NCBI GenBank assembly: GCA_964016885.1 | Contig: OZ024741.1 | Location: 192,262,001 to 192,326,000, forward strand | Reading direction: 5' to 3' | Length of the DNA stretch: 64,000 nucleotides | From: Eledone cirrhosa | Lineage: Eukaryota | Shown here: piece after piece, positions 24,871-37,885 of the stretch | Position numbering within the stretch: the first letter of the stretch is position 1 | Layout of the letters: each line of letters begins with the position of its first letter | Position numbers and translations under genes: made by a program | The notes under the pieces: generated by a model | Seen by the model: the letters and a program-made list of their open reading frames with translations, nothing else | What the model was told of the DNA's origin: nothing | The model's database searches: none

Positions 24871-25198
24871 GTAAGTTTCTTTTACTCTACTATCATTATG
24901 TTCTCATTTCAAATCATGCTGCCATTCACTTTACTTTGTTATTTTTCTAGGTTCAATAAAATACGTACTATCAGATATATATATTGGGGAGGGATTTCTT
25001 ACTGTTGTTTTTTGTATTATGTAGTCATCTGACTTAGAGCATGATGATCTGTCCAACCCATGCTGGCAGAGAACAGTGAGGATGATGATAATTCTGTGGC
25101 ACCATTTTAGCTTAGAGATTTGTTTTGTTCTATTTTTGTAGCTGTTTGTATTAGTTTTCCTTTATTCTTTACTAGATATTTTTGTAGCCCTTCAGTGA

Positions 25199-25250
25199 AT
25201 ATTTTAAAATAGTTTCCTAGATGTATTAACACCATCATCAGTAAATATGT
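25199..25250 (-). ncRNA. Degenerate hammerhead-like motif
   Basis: Minus strand atattta-CTGATGA-t-ggtgt taat acatc-tag-GAAAC-tatttt-aaaatat. Confidence 0.45.
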
Positions 25251-25524
25251 CAGATTTTGGATTGTGTATTTCAAATGCCATCATTGATTTTCTTGGGTTT
25301 TTTCTGTCTAGTCTTGGTAGTTCATTGGATGTCTAATTAAAAATATTATAACTGTAACAAATTACTGGGACAGCGCGTATATTTATTGTACACTGTCTAC
25401 TACATTGATTCTTAAATGTGTTTATGTATGTGTGTGTGTTTCTCTCTCCCTCTTTTTCTTTCTTTCTCACTCTCTCTCTCTCTCTCCCTCTCTCCCCCCT
25501 CTCTCTCTCTCTCTCTCCCTCTCT

Positions 25525-25581
<57 letters not shown>

Positions 25582-25583
<2 letters not shown>

Positions 25584-26371
25584 GGAAAGTTATATTTAAA
25601 ATTGTTGGGTTACAACTAGTAAATATTTATAACTGATATAAAAGCACTCGACAAATATTTGGAGTATATTTACAATATTAAATAAATGGAAACTATATTT
25701 ATAAAACCATATTTATTTCATTATATATATTTCGGGGATATCATATTAACAATATGCTATGCCTTCCTCAGACAAAATACAATATAAACAGTTTTACGCC
25801 TCGAATATATCTGGCTATTTTAAAATTTTTTTTCTCTCGCTATTTTTTCCTCTCTCTATATTTTTTCTCTCTCTATATATCTCCCTTACATTAATACTTG
25901 AGCTAAATAAATAAATAAATAAATAAATGTATCATTGATACATTTACTCAAAATGACCTCCCACTACCTAAATTTTTTATATATATATGTATCTATCTCT
26001 ATTTCCTCTCTCTATATATATATATATCTCTTTCTGTTTCTTTACATGAAGTTCTTCGCTTTATCTATCTTTCCATCTCTCTATTTTGTTCCATGCATTT
26101 CTTCTTTTTCTTCCTTTTCTTCGTTTTCTGTCTTTCTTTCTTTTTTCTCTCTTTCTTTCTCTCTGTGTAAAATTTTTTCACTGCCAGCTTAAACCTCTTC
26201 AAATGGAAGTCGGTGTTATAACGGTATGTCGAATCTATTTATCTATAAAACTGTTTATATTGTATTTTGTCTGAGGAAGGCATAGCATATTGTTAATATG
26301 ATATCCCCGAAATATATATAATGAAATAAATATGGTTTTATAAATATAGTTTCCATTTATTTAATATTGTA
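25582..26371. mobile_element. Second copy of the hammerhead fold-back family (126-bp perfect arms, about 450-bp spacer), in (TA)n
   Basis: 25671-25796 is the exact reverse complement of 26246-26371; the left part is homologous to 16530-16760. Confidence 0.9.
26263..26328 (+). ncRNA. Minimal type I hammerhead ribozyme, intact core (mirror copy at 25714-25779, -)
   Basis: tattttgt-CTGAGGA-aggcatagcatatt(gtt)aatatgatatcccc-GAAA-tatata-TA-atgaaata. 8-bp stem I, long stem II, palindromic stem III. Confidence 0.75.
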
Positions 26372-26959
26372 TATATATATATATATATTCATAGAATAAT
26401 GAGAAAAACTCAATGCAAGAATAGCTGTTAAAACAGCAAAATGCCATCAATGACAGCGATGGGTAAAATTTACCTCACTGGCTAGAAGTGTGTTGGCCAG
26501 CAGAAGTGATAGGAAGAAAGGAGAAAAGGAAGAAAATGGACGAGACAAGATCACACAAACATCTTTTAACCTCTTCAGCTCTCAGACCGGCTGTGGTTTC
26601 GCACAATTTAATTTGAGAGGACCACATAAAATTGCCGGCTCGTGCAACAGAAAAATAAATATTTCTGCTGGTATAAAGTTTGTGTGATAAAACGTACAAA
26701 TTAGTACCAAGTCACTGGTAGAAAGGACAACAAAAGCCCTAGTGCTGCGGAAATGGCAGCAAGTGGAAGTGACAAGCAAGAGCCACGAGTAGGAGAAGGG
26801 GTAAAAGAAGAAAAGTAGCAGCAAGAAGAGAAGAGTAGGAGAGAGAGAGAGAGAAAGAACAAAAGAAGGGGGAACCTGCCGTTCTTGCTTTCACTTCAGC
26901 TCGCTGCCACTTCCGCTGCACCAGAGCTTTTGTTATCCTTTCTAGCTGGCTTCCACCAG

Positions 26960-27298
26960 TTCATGCAGTTGTTAGTCCTGCATGAGGTCGATTTTCATGG
27001 CTGTAGTCTCTGGCACTGCATTCAGACATAGTGAGTGTCCCAAATACATTGTTAATGTGGTGACTTGATGCTGTTGCACTTAGGTTAGATTTGAAGTCAT
27101 AAAATATACAGCAATGGATAAAAAACTTGGATAGATCCATGGTGTTTCTCCTTTGACAGCGTAACAGAAAATGAGCAATACACATAATAACGTCACTTCT
27201 TATATGTGTGTGTGTGTGTGCAATCTTTAACATTTCCAGAAAACTCTACCAAAATACTTCCTTTTGAAAAAGGGCAGGCACTTTTAATCCAACCCAAT
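26960..27298 (-). mobile_element. mariner 5' relic
   Basis: Minus-strand TIR-like ATTGGGTTGGATTAAAAGT and N-terminus MDLSKFFIHCCIFYDFKSNLSATASSHHINNVFG. Confidence 0.65.
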
Positions 27299-27960
27299 CT
27301 CTCTCTATATAAAATTCTTTGTCTCCCTATCTCAGTCTGTCTGTTTCCTTAGGCATTCTCAAACGGCTCAACCAAATCAAATTTTACAAGGTATTAGACC
27401 CAGGGATTAACATGTAATTTTTATTTCATTTGGATTAAAACAATATAACATTTTATCTAAAATAATCTTTCTATGCTCAACTATAGTAAACAACATTTTA
27501 TAACGCCACAATGACGACGTCACATTTTGTATATGAGTGTGTATGTGTATGTGACTGTGTGTGTGCGTGTGCGTTGATTACATACGTTCGGGCTCAGTAA
27601 GTTGCATACACATTATCTTTGCACACAGAGAATTAAACACACACACGCATCTACGCATACATATACATATGTGATGAATGACAAGCATATCAAAGTATCA
27701 GTTGAATGTTTAACAATATTGCATTAGCTTTTATAAAGCGTACATTTGTATATGTATATATGTGTATGTATGTATATATGTATGTGTGTATGTGTGCATA
27801 CTTACATTTATCAGCTGTGCTAGGGCAAGAAACAAAATTCTAATTTTATTTTTAATATTCAGCAAGGCCAGCCATAACTCGCTTGGGGTGCAAATGAAGC
27901 TCCTCAGCCAATGTGTACTTAAGAAAATACCAAAATTTTGAACCGTTCAACAGATTGGCA

Positions 27961-28015
27961 GAGGTATACAGTCCTGATGAAGGGTAATGACCCAGAAACC
28001 TATTGATTGTTCCTC
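27961..28015 (+). ncRNA. Minimal hammerhead motif
   Basis: gagg..acagtc-CTGATGA-a-gggt aatg accc-a-GAAAC-ctatt-gattgt.cctc. Stems I and II pair; stem III is imperfect. Confidence 0.6.
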
Positions 28016-28161
28016 AAAGCCAGTGTTGAACAAACAGGGGACGATCGGTCACCAGCACAGCACAGCTTCAAATTGGGCCGTTTGTTTACAAACAAAAGTA
28101 ACATTATTATTAATGTTCGATATAACCCATACGTACATATGTATATGTATATATGTGTATG

Positions 28162-28194
<33 letters not shown>

Positions 28195-29049
28195 TATGTC
28201 AGGTCACCAGTTGGTGCTACTGGTAACATGTATCCCAGTACAATCGGTCTCATGGTCGGGTCGTTGGCGACTAAACTGGCAACCCCACCAAGGTTTCTTG
28301 GTGAGGAGGGTGACTTTGGACATCCTGCAGGACTAAAAACAAAACCTGTCAAAGGGCAAAGGAGCTCTTAAGAGTCAATGGCCATCCAAAATCACCGGGA
28401 GAGATGACCCCTTAGCCTTTGTCAAGGCAGAATTCTAGGAGAAGGAAAACTCTGATATAACACCTGCAACTCTGATGGTATCCAATGATGTTGACTTGTT
28501 CTTCTTTTTGGTAAATATCATCTTGGGTAAGAGAGTGGGACTGGCTTTTTCTCACTATAAAAGCTTCACGGCACAGGCATTGCTTTATATCTGGAGATCT
28601 CTCTGCACTTGTCGTCACATGGTACCATGGGCCCAGCACTATGTGTCAATAATTGTCACAAGTGTAGTGTTTGTACCAGAGTTTTCAAGTTGCTGGCTGG
28701 ACTAAAAAGTCACACTCGTTCAGCGCATCGGTAGGAGTTCTCCTACATGGATATAAAGTAGTGGCCGTACTTGAAAACAAGTTGGCAGCCACCATGTGTG
28801 TGTGTAAGTGTGCATACTTACATTTATGTATCAGCTGTGCTAGGGTGAGAAATAAAATTCTAATTTTATTTTTTTTATAAAGTCATTTTACACCTGTCTT
28901 TGATTTTACAGAACACACAAAAAATTGATACTAATTGAAATTAATCTACGGTGTATATTAATTTAGCTTTTTGAGGATAGTGTCATGTTATTATTGACCT
29001 AATTCAGAATATGAGATAGGAAACAGAAAAGTTTAGATAGCAACTATCC

Positions 29050-29104
<55 letters not shown>

Positions 29105-29167
29105 GGGTGTAATGAGTGTGTTTGTGTGTTGTAAATTTCTGCAGTTTGAATTATTGTTATATTACAG

Positions 29168-29254
29168 ATCCCCTTCCTCGTCCCTGGTTTAGACTATGTC
29201 TTTGACATTTTTGTTGACTGTAAGAGTGAGAAAGGAATCTCCGATGACATAAAG
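29168..29254 (+). CDS. BBS1: BBS1 internal coding exon (87 nt)
   Basis: ttacag| acceptor and |gtatgt donor. Translates IPFLVPGLDYVFDIFVDCKSEKGISDDIK (cf. VPLLVPGLNY...KGISDIIK). Confidence 0.95.
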
Positions 29255-30301
29255 GTATGTATTAACTATACATTATATTAGTACATTAATACACTACATT
29301 GTACACTATTATACTGTATCAGTACACTAATACACTACACTGGATATAACCTCCAAATATGGTTGAGCAGTGTCTCTTTGAGCCATGGTGAGCATTCTGC
29401 TTAGTGATGGTGTCAGAATAAAAATATCCATGAGAAGGAAAACCCCAACAAACCCAAATTATGGAATGAACTCTGGTTTGTTTCTGGGCAGTCTTGTAAC
29501 TCCTCTCTTTCCATTTGCTCATTTAGTCTTCACCTTGCAAACAAGCTTGTCTCAGTTTTAGGGCATGCTCTGGCTTGATGATTCTGACTTAAGTAGGATA
29601 ACTGACCCCATCACACAGTAGTATTTCTCTTTCAATAAGCATCAAACTGTTTCTCTAATCATCAATGGCTCCTGTTGTTACCATATTTCTAATGAGAAAC
29701 ATTGTCTATAATTTTTAATTAATTATTAAATAATCAAGAATTTGGAGGATGTATTAACACAACTAACTTTCCCATTATTCAGCTTGTGCTTGGAACATAA
29801 CTTAACAAAGATTCTTACATAAAATTATGATGGAAGGTTTTTAAATAGATAGATATATTTTATAACAAAAAGTTTTATATTGTAAAACCATGGGGTTAAA
29901 CATTCCCAATTGAATGGACCTTCATTGGTTTTGATGAGTGTTCCAGTTGGTTGATAAATGGAACATCTTGCTCATGAAATTAACACGTAAGTACGTAAGT
30001 CTACCACAGTCACATGTACTCTTAACGTAATTCTCAGGGAGATTCAATGTAATGCAGTGTAGGACAAGGCTGGTCCATTGAATTAGATGTATAATCCATC
30101 CATCAGGCTTCCACACAGTTTCAGTCTCTCTAGTTTTTCTCACAAGGCATGGGTGAACCCCTGGCTATGGTAAATGACATTTGCCCAAGATGACACACAG
30201 TGGAATTGAACCCATTCCACCATGATGCATCCACACATTTTTAATTTGATGGATATAAAATATGTTACATTTAAACTTATTTCCATTTTTTCTGTTTGTA
30301 G

Positions 30302-30388
30302 GTGTTGCTCTACCGAACTGGTCATCAATTTCCATTACTTACAGCTGTCATTAGTATGCCAGTTAGTGAGGCGATACAAACAGACTGA
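30302..30388 (+). CDS. BBS1: BBS1 last coding exon (87 nt including TGA)
   Basis: Pyrimidine tract then gtag| acceptor. Translates VLLYRTGHQFPLLTAVISMPVSEAIQTD* (cf. [23 protein letters not shown]). Confidence 0.93.
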   Translation: MLLYRTGHQFPLLTAVISMPVSEAIQTD

Positions 30389-31247
30389 GCAGTGCTGACT
30401 TGAAGATATTTTATTGGGTCAGCAACCAACGTGGATATATATCAGTTTCTCATGTTTTGTCAGCAAGACCGATTATACATCATAGTTGTATTAAATTCTT
30501 TTATCCCTTCCTCCCCAAGCAAATATCATATAGCCTGCCCCCTTCTCATTTGTACACTCCCCACTCCCATTAATGCCTTCCCAGCCTGACCAAGGATGCA
30601 CTGAACACCCTAGTGTTGTAATGAGGCACAGCTAATGCCATGATAAAAAGCCACCATTACTCTCTGTAAGGTGCTAGAACTAATGCCACGTTAAAAAGTA
30701 CTTGGTTCTCTTTGCAAGGTGGTAGTGCCGGAATAACAATAAAATGCTCCCAGTACACGCTACTAAGTGGTTGGCATTAGGAAAGCCATAGAAACCAAAC
30801 AAAATGTAGTCACCTGACCAGTGTAGTTTCAGTACATGGCAGCTCGTCTAACCCATGCAAGCATGGAAAATATACATAAAATGATGAGGATGATGATTTT
30901 ATTGGTTTCAGTTATTAGACTGCGACCATACTGGGGGCACTGTCTTTTGATCATATTGACCCCGGTATTTATTTTTTTCAAGATTGGTACTTATGTTATC
31001 AATCTCTTTTTGTCGAGCTGTTAAAAAACAGAACATAAACAAAAGTCAATGTAAACACTGATATGAACACACATACACGTGCACATACACACACACAGAC
31101 AGGCTTCCACAGTTTCTGTTTACAAAATTTCACTCACTAGAGTGACTAAAGATGAAACTATGTTATTGTGAGGTAAATTGTAGTTTTAAAAAATCTTTGA
31201 TTTGATATAAATATCACCATTATGATTATCATCATCATCACCATCAA

Positions 31248-31440
31248 GGCTGTGATGGATTGGCAGAATCGGTAGAGCGTCAGACACTATGCTTTGCAGC
31301 ATAGAGTTATGGCTCTTTACATTCTGAGTTCAAATCCCACTGAGGTTAACTTTGCCTTTCATCCTTACGGGGTCGATAAAATAAAGCACCAGTAATGAAC
31401 TGGGGTAATTGCTGGCCTTGTGCCAAAACTAGAAACAATT
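31248..31440 (+). mobile_element. Same Meta-like SINE family
   Basis: Same head, core and tail as 24473-24643. Further copies at about 18880-19078 (+), 19290-19480 (-), 37125-37260 (-) and 41195-41395 (+). Confidence 0.8.
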
Positions 31441-31800
31441 ATAATTATCATCATCATCACCATCATTCTCATCACTACAATTCTCATCATCATCATCATC
31501 ATTTGCATTATTATAATCATGTGTATCCAGTTTAGAATAGTTACCCTGTGTCCCTGAATGCCATGAGAAGTGACTAAAAGGAAGAGCATTCAGTTGTAAA
31601 TCATTGTCAAACAGAGCCATCCAACACATACCAGCTGAAAATGTGGACATAGAAACGATGATGATGATGATTATCATTATTATGTTTTATTTACTCAGTT
31701 CTGCAACAATATGAAATCTAATAAACAATTATTGCAAAACAAATGATTTTGTGTTAAAGTTCCTATGAGACTATTAAATATCTCCTTAAAACATTTAAGA

Positions 31801-34030
31801 TATTGACAATAGGGTCATGACATCTGTAACATTGACAATAGGGTCCTGACATCGGTGGTATTACCAATAGTGTCTTGCCATCTGTGGTTTTCACAATAGG
31901 GTCCTCATAGCTATGGTATTAAAAATAGGGTCCTCACATCTGTGGTTTTGACAATAGGGCCCTTGTAGCTATGGCATTGGCAATAGGGTCCTGGCATCTG
32001 TGGTATTGACAATAAGGTTCTGATATTTGTGGTATTGGCAATATGGTCCTGACATCAATGATATTGACAATAGGGTCCTGACATCTAGAGTATTGACACT
32101 ATGCTCCTGACATCTGTAGCGATGGTAATTGGGTCCTGACATCTTTGGTATTGACAATATGGTTCTGACATCTGGAGTATTACAATATGGTACTGACACC
32201 TGTAGTATTAACAATAGGCTCCTGACATCTGTAGTTTTGATAATAGGGTCCTGGTATCTGTGGTATTGACAATAGGGGCTGGCTATCTGTGGTATTGAAA
32301 ATAGGGTCCTGACATCTGTGACATTGGCAATTGGGTCCTGACATCTGGAGTATTGATATTATGGTCCTGAGATCTGTGGTATTAACAATAGGGTCCTGAA
32401 ATTTCTGGAATTGGCAATATGGTCTTGACATCTGGAGTATTGACATTTGGTCCTGACATCTGGGGTAATAACAAAAGGGTCCTCACATCTGGTGTATTGA
32501 AAAAAGGGCCCTGACATCTGTGGTGTTGACATTAGCGTCCTGACATCTGTGGTATTGGCAATAGAGTCTTGACATCTGTGGTATTGACAATAGCGTCCTG
32601 ACATCTGGGTAATAGGGTCCTGACATCTATGGTATTGACAATAGGGTACTGACATCTGTAGCGCTGGTAATTGGGTCCTGACATCTTTAGTATTGAGTAT
32701 ATGGTGCTGACATCTGTGGTATTGGCAATTGGGTCATGACATCTGTGGTATTGATGATAGTGTCCTGACATCTGTGGTATTGGCAATACGGTCCTGACAT
32801 CTGTGGTATTAACAATAGGGTCCTGACATCTGTAGTATTGACAATAGGGTCCTGACATCTGTAATATTGATAATAGGGTCTTGGTAACCGTGGTATTGAC
32901 AATAGGGACCATGTATCATTGGTTTTGAAAATAGGGTCTTGACATCTGTAGCATTAGCAATTGGGTCCTGACACCTGGAGTATTGACATTATGGTCCTGA
33001 GATTTTTAGTATTGACAATAGTGTCCTGACATCTGTGGTATTGGCAATAGTGTCCTGACATCTGTTTTATTGACAATAGGGTCCTGACATCTGTGGTATT
33101 GGAAATAGAGTTGTGGCACCTGTTTTGTTGGGAATAGGGTCCTGACATTTGTGCTATTGACAATAGGGTCCTGGCACCGGTGTAATTGGCAATAGGGTCC
33201 TCACATTTGCGGTATTGACAAAAGTGTCTGACATCTGACGCATTGAAAATAGGACCCTGATATCTGTGGTATTGACATTAGGGTCATAATATCTGTGGTA
33301 TTGACAATAGGGTTCTGACATCTGTGGTATTGGTAATAGAGTCCTGGCATCTGTGGTATTGACAATATGGTCCTGATCTCTGGCGTATTCATAATAGGGT
33401 CCTGACATCTGGAGTATTGACATTATGGTCCTGAGATCTGTAGTATTGACAATAGGGTCTTGAAATCTCTAATATTGTCAATATAGTCCTGACATCTGGA
33501 TTATTGACAATAGGGTCCAGATATCTGGGGTATTGGCAATTCGGTACTGGTATGCATGGTAATGAGAATAGGTTCATGATATTTTTAGTATTAACAATAT
33601 GGTGCTGACATCTGTGGTATTGGCAATAGGGTCATGACATCTGTGATATTGACAATATGGTCCTGACATCTGTGGTATTGGTAATAGGGTCATGACATCT
33701 GTGATATTGACAATATGGTCCTGACATCTGTGGTATTGGCAATAGGGTCATGACATCTGTGATATTGACAATATGGTCCTGACATCTGTGGTATTGGCAA
33801 TAGGGTCATGACATCTGTGATATTGACAATATGGTCCTGACATCTGTGGTATTGGTTATAGGGTCCTGACATCTGTGGTGTTGACAATAGGGTCCCGACA
33901 TCTGTGGTATCGACAATAGGGTCCTGACATCTGTGACATTTTCAATAGGCTCTTGAATCTCTGGTATGGACAATAGGGTTCTGACATCTGTAGTATTGAC
34001 AATAGGGTCCTGACATCTGTGCTATTAACA
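31801..34030. repeat. 29-bp tandem repeat, about 75 units
   Basis: Consensus TATTGACAATAGGGTCCTGACATCTGTGG; a homogeneous 58-bp dimer at about 33590-33860. Confidence 0.97.
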
Positions 34031-34569
34031 TTTGGTATTTTGCTGTGGGAAATATCAACAAAACACCAGCTGCACATAAGATAAAAAAAAACATTTTTGC
34101 AGACCTTTGATGAAAAACGTATTTACCTTTATTGTCTCATCTTTTTGTGTATCTATGAAAACCTGGTCCAATATATCTTTCTGTTTTATTTTTTTATTTT
34201 TTAAGATGCTGGTAAAATGTAGTCTTAGAGAAATTTGGCTGCTATTTCAAGCAGATGTGGCTAGGTAAAGGCTAAGTTGCTTGATTTCAGCAAGTGTTAG
34301 CAAAATTCAATTTGTAAAGATGTGATTATAATTAATAAGAGTCTTTAACTCCTAGATATTTTGTGCAAAAATTGCACCACCCACAGAGACCTATCTTTCA
34401 GCCTAACAAATGATATCCAGTCCATAACATTCTGACAGCTGGGGGCTTGTGAGTATCACGACACCTGTCTGTGCAGTCATTTCTAGTGCCACACCTGAGT
34501 AGTGGAGTTTCCATCCTCCATCCAAATCTACAGTACCAGGGCCACAGAACATTGTTGAGGAAATCCGAA

Positions 34570-37030
34570 CTATATCTAGCCGGTAGCATCTAACCTCCTC
34601 TACTAGTTCCTGCTCCTTACCTGTAAGTGTTGTGAGGTTCTACTTGTCAAGCTTTGCTCCCGTCTAAACTCCCTTTGGGGTCTCGGGAGTCCAAATAAAG
34701 ATCCTTCCTTGATGAAGTCACAGCAGTGTTAGATGTAGTTAAGACTGAGTTATATATCCTAATGGGAGACTTCAATGCACATGTTGGCACTGACTACCTG
34801 GCATGGAAAGGAGTGATTGGAAGGAATGGTGATCCTGATCTAAATACGAATGGAGAGGCCTTATTAGTCCTTTTATCTAGGAATGGACTCTCTATCATAA
34901 ACACTTTCCAGTACAGAGACATCCACGAATATACATGGTATGTGGGGAATCAGGGACAGAGATCAATAATTGATTTTGTTATTTTCTCTGATCTCTTCGA
35001 TTCTGTGCTGGATGTTCATATTAAGAGAGGGGCTGAGCTGTCAACTGATCCCCATCTAGTTATCTGCAACTTGAGACTACCTAAAGCCAAAGAAGCACAC
35101 ACAACTAGCAGATCCAGGGCAACCAACATGATAAAGTGGGAAACATTGGTGGATAAGTAAGCCAGGGCCAGATATGCTGATACTATTGCAAATTCAGAGA
35201 ACTCCCTGAGCAAATTGAAGATGTTGAAGTGGTCTGGAGATTGTTAAGTTCAGCAGTTTCTGCTTCAGCTGTTAATTAAATACTATAGGTGAAAGAAGCT
35301 TGGTGTGGGTCCAGATGGCAGGAGGACCCCATAGTTCAATCAAGGGGTCAAAGATGCCATCCAAGCAAAGAAAGATGCCTACAAAGCTTGGCTTGGTAAT
35401 AAGCCCTCCTTCTTGTACTTGTGGTGCAAGTAGGCATGAAGAATAACAGCAGACAGTAAAGGTGTCCAAAGTTAAGACACAAAAGAACTTAGGGGGTTAA
35501 GGTGGAATATGACTTCAGATCAGCAAATAAATTGTTTTGGCAGATCATCTGCTGACTTCATAATAAGAAGTCCTCCACACCTGCTATCCCTAGGTGCATC
35601 CTCATTGTGTGGAGAGAATACTTTGCTGATTTCCTAGACCTGATCACAACAGCATCTGATGTACATGAAGTGCATCTGGGAGTGATGACTAATCTCTTGG
35701 AGGCTGAGGTTAGAAGAGCAATTAAAGCGCTCAAATGTGGCAATGCCAGTGAGAGGATGAAATTTGACTTGTGATGTTAAAAGCCTTAAATAGAGAAGGT
35801 AATCTCTGGCTGACTCGTGTGTGCTGGGTGGCCTGGATCTCTGGAAAGGCACATAATCAATGTCAATTGGGAGTGATAATCCCAATTTTCAAAAAGGGAG
35901 ACAAGAGAGATTGCTCCAATTATAGAGGGATCTCCTTGTTAAGCCTCCCCAGTAAAGTCTATGTTACGTATCTGGCAAAGAGATGTAGGGAGTTTGTTGA
36001 GTCCAAGCTAGATGATGAACAGTGTGATTTTTGCCTTGGACACAGTACAGACAACCAAATATTCACACTGTAGCAGGTCTTTGAGAAGTTGTGGGAATAT
36101 TGCCAAGAGGTGTATTCTTGCTTTGTAGACCCTGAAAAAGCATATGGCCATGTTCCACGGGCTCTAGGTTTTGCAGGAGTATGGGATTGATTGACAACTC
36201 CTTGTTGCTCTGATGTCTTGACTGGAATTTTCAGATGACATGGTGTTACTTAACTCAACTGTAGGTGATCTCCAACTTGCTCTTGATAGGTTTGATGCTG
36301 GGTATTGCATGGCTGGAATGGAAATCAGTGCTGTAAAAACTGAGACACACATCCTATCAAGGAAGCCTGTGCAGTACACTCTACATGTGAATGGGGTACC
36401 ACTGAAGCAGGTAGAGAAGTTCAAGTTCATGAGTGATGGAAGCAGGAGGCTGAATTAAATGCAAAAATTGCAGGAGCTGGTACAGTAATGCTCCAGCTTC
36501 AACATTCTGTAATCAGAATAGGTGTAAAAGCCCAGATTTCTATTTTCAATTGCCAACCCTTATCTATGGTCAAGAATCTTGGGTAATGGTTGAAAGAATA
36601 CAATTTCGAATACAAGTGGTTGAAATGGTGTTCCTCCAAAGGGTCTTTGGAGTAACGTTACTTGGTAGAGTGCATAGCTCAGAGATGAGAGTGTCGCTCC
36701 AGGTAGAGCCGCTACTTCTCTGAATTGAGAGATCACAGCTCTAATACTATGGGCATGTGGTTAGAATGTCTCAGGAAAGAATTGCTTGACAAGTTTTACA
36801 GGCAAAACTAACTGGCAGGAGACCCAGGGGTAAACCCTGAGCAAGCTGGCTGGATAACATCCATCAGCTTAGCTGGTCTTGCTTGGGGATCCAGCCAGAT
36901 CAGTTGGAAAGGTTGCTTCTGACAGGACCCACTGGAAGGAGTGTTTGAGGACTCTGTCCCCACGACCCTCTCAGGAAAAGTGGGTAGGGAAGAGGAACTC
37001 CTAAATGAAGCAATAGGGACACCGTCCTGG
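34570..37030 (+). mobile_element. Decayed RTE-clade LINE (Expander/Rex3-like), APE plus RT
   Basis: LMGDFNAHVG...GVIGRNG.PDLN.NG, IIDFV...STDPHLV, IPIFKKGDKRDCSNYRGISLLS and C-terminal YGHVVRM...RRPRG.P, with many stops and frameshifts. Confidence 0.88.
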
Positions 37031-37364
37031 CACACAATGTGCTATTGACATTTGAAACCTGGTGGAGTTCATCCTTCTCCAATTTCTCCCGAAGAGAGAG
37101 AGAGAGAGAGAGAGAGGGAGGTGAATTGACCACAGTACTGAACTGGTACTTTACTTAGTGACCCCCAAGAGGAAAAAGTTGACCTTGGTGGGATTTGAAC
37201 TCTGAGTGCAGTGAGCTGGAATAAATACAGAAGTATTTTTTAATCCACTGCTCTATTCACCACTTAAAGACATGTCTACTGTAGTGTAATCCTGCTGTTT
37301 AGTACTGTGTAGTATAGTGTAGTGCAATGTAGTCATGTGTAGTATGATGTAGTTATGTGTAGTA

Positions 37365-37885
37365 CTAGGGGGCTTCAAAATGTTTGTGGTTAAAGTACAT
37401 AGCTAAAGATTATATGCAGAGATTTGATCTCAATGCACATGTATGTTCTCTTACTAACATATAATATGTTCTAACATGAACCCTTAAATGCATGCTGCAA
37501 TGCAACGCCGCCAGTCAGAAGTCAGTATCTGCTCGAGCAGTGTGTCCTCCATCAAAAAATCAAATCTATGGTGAAGCTAGGTTGGAAGAACAGCCAAATC
37601 ATTGACGCTCTGGGGTAAGTTTATGGGGACAATATCCCAAAGAAATCAACGACCTACAAATGGATAAGTTGTTTTAGAAGTGAAAAAGATGAGGCTGAAG
37701 ATGTAAAAAAAGCTGCTTTGATATGGTTTAAATCGCATGGCCCTCAGTTTCACACATACTTAAAGGCTGGTATCAACGCTTGCAGAAGTGTATTGATCTA
37801 GATGGAGCATATATTAAAAAAAAATCATAACTTAAACCGTTTTTCCCAACTGTCCTTTTCCCACAAACCTTTTCAAGCCCACTTG
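37365..37885 (+). mobile_element. Internally deleted irritans-subfamily (Hsmar2-like) mariner
   Basis: TA-flanked degenerate TIRs; IKSMVKLGWKNSQIIDALG*VYGDNIPKKSTTYKWI at the N-terminus and WYQRLQKCIDLDGAYIKK at the C-terminus. Confidence 0.85.

Noticed and set aside
30490-31725. BBS1 polyadenylation signal (ATTAAA 30490, AATAAA 30738 and 31720)
   Set aside because: Several candidates exist in AT-rich, repeat-derived sequence and cannot be distinguished without transcript data.
31801-34030. CRISPR array
   Set aside because: The 29-bp units are contiguous with no unique spacers, there are no cas genes, and the context is eukaryotic.
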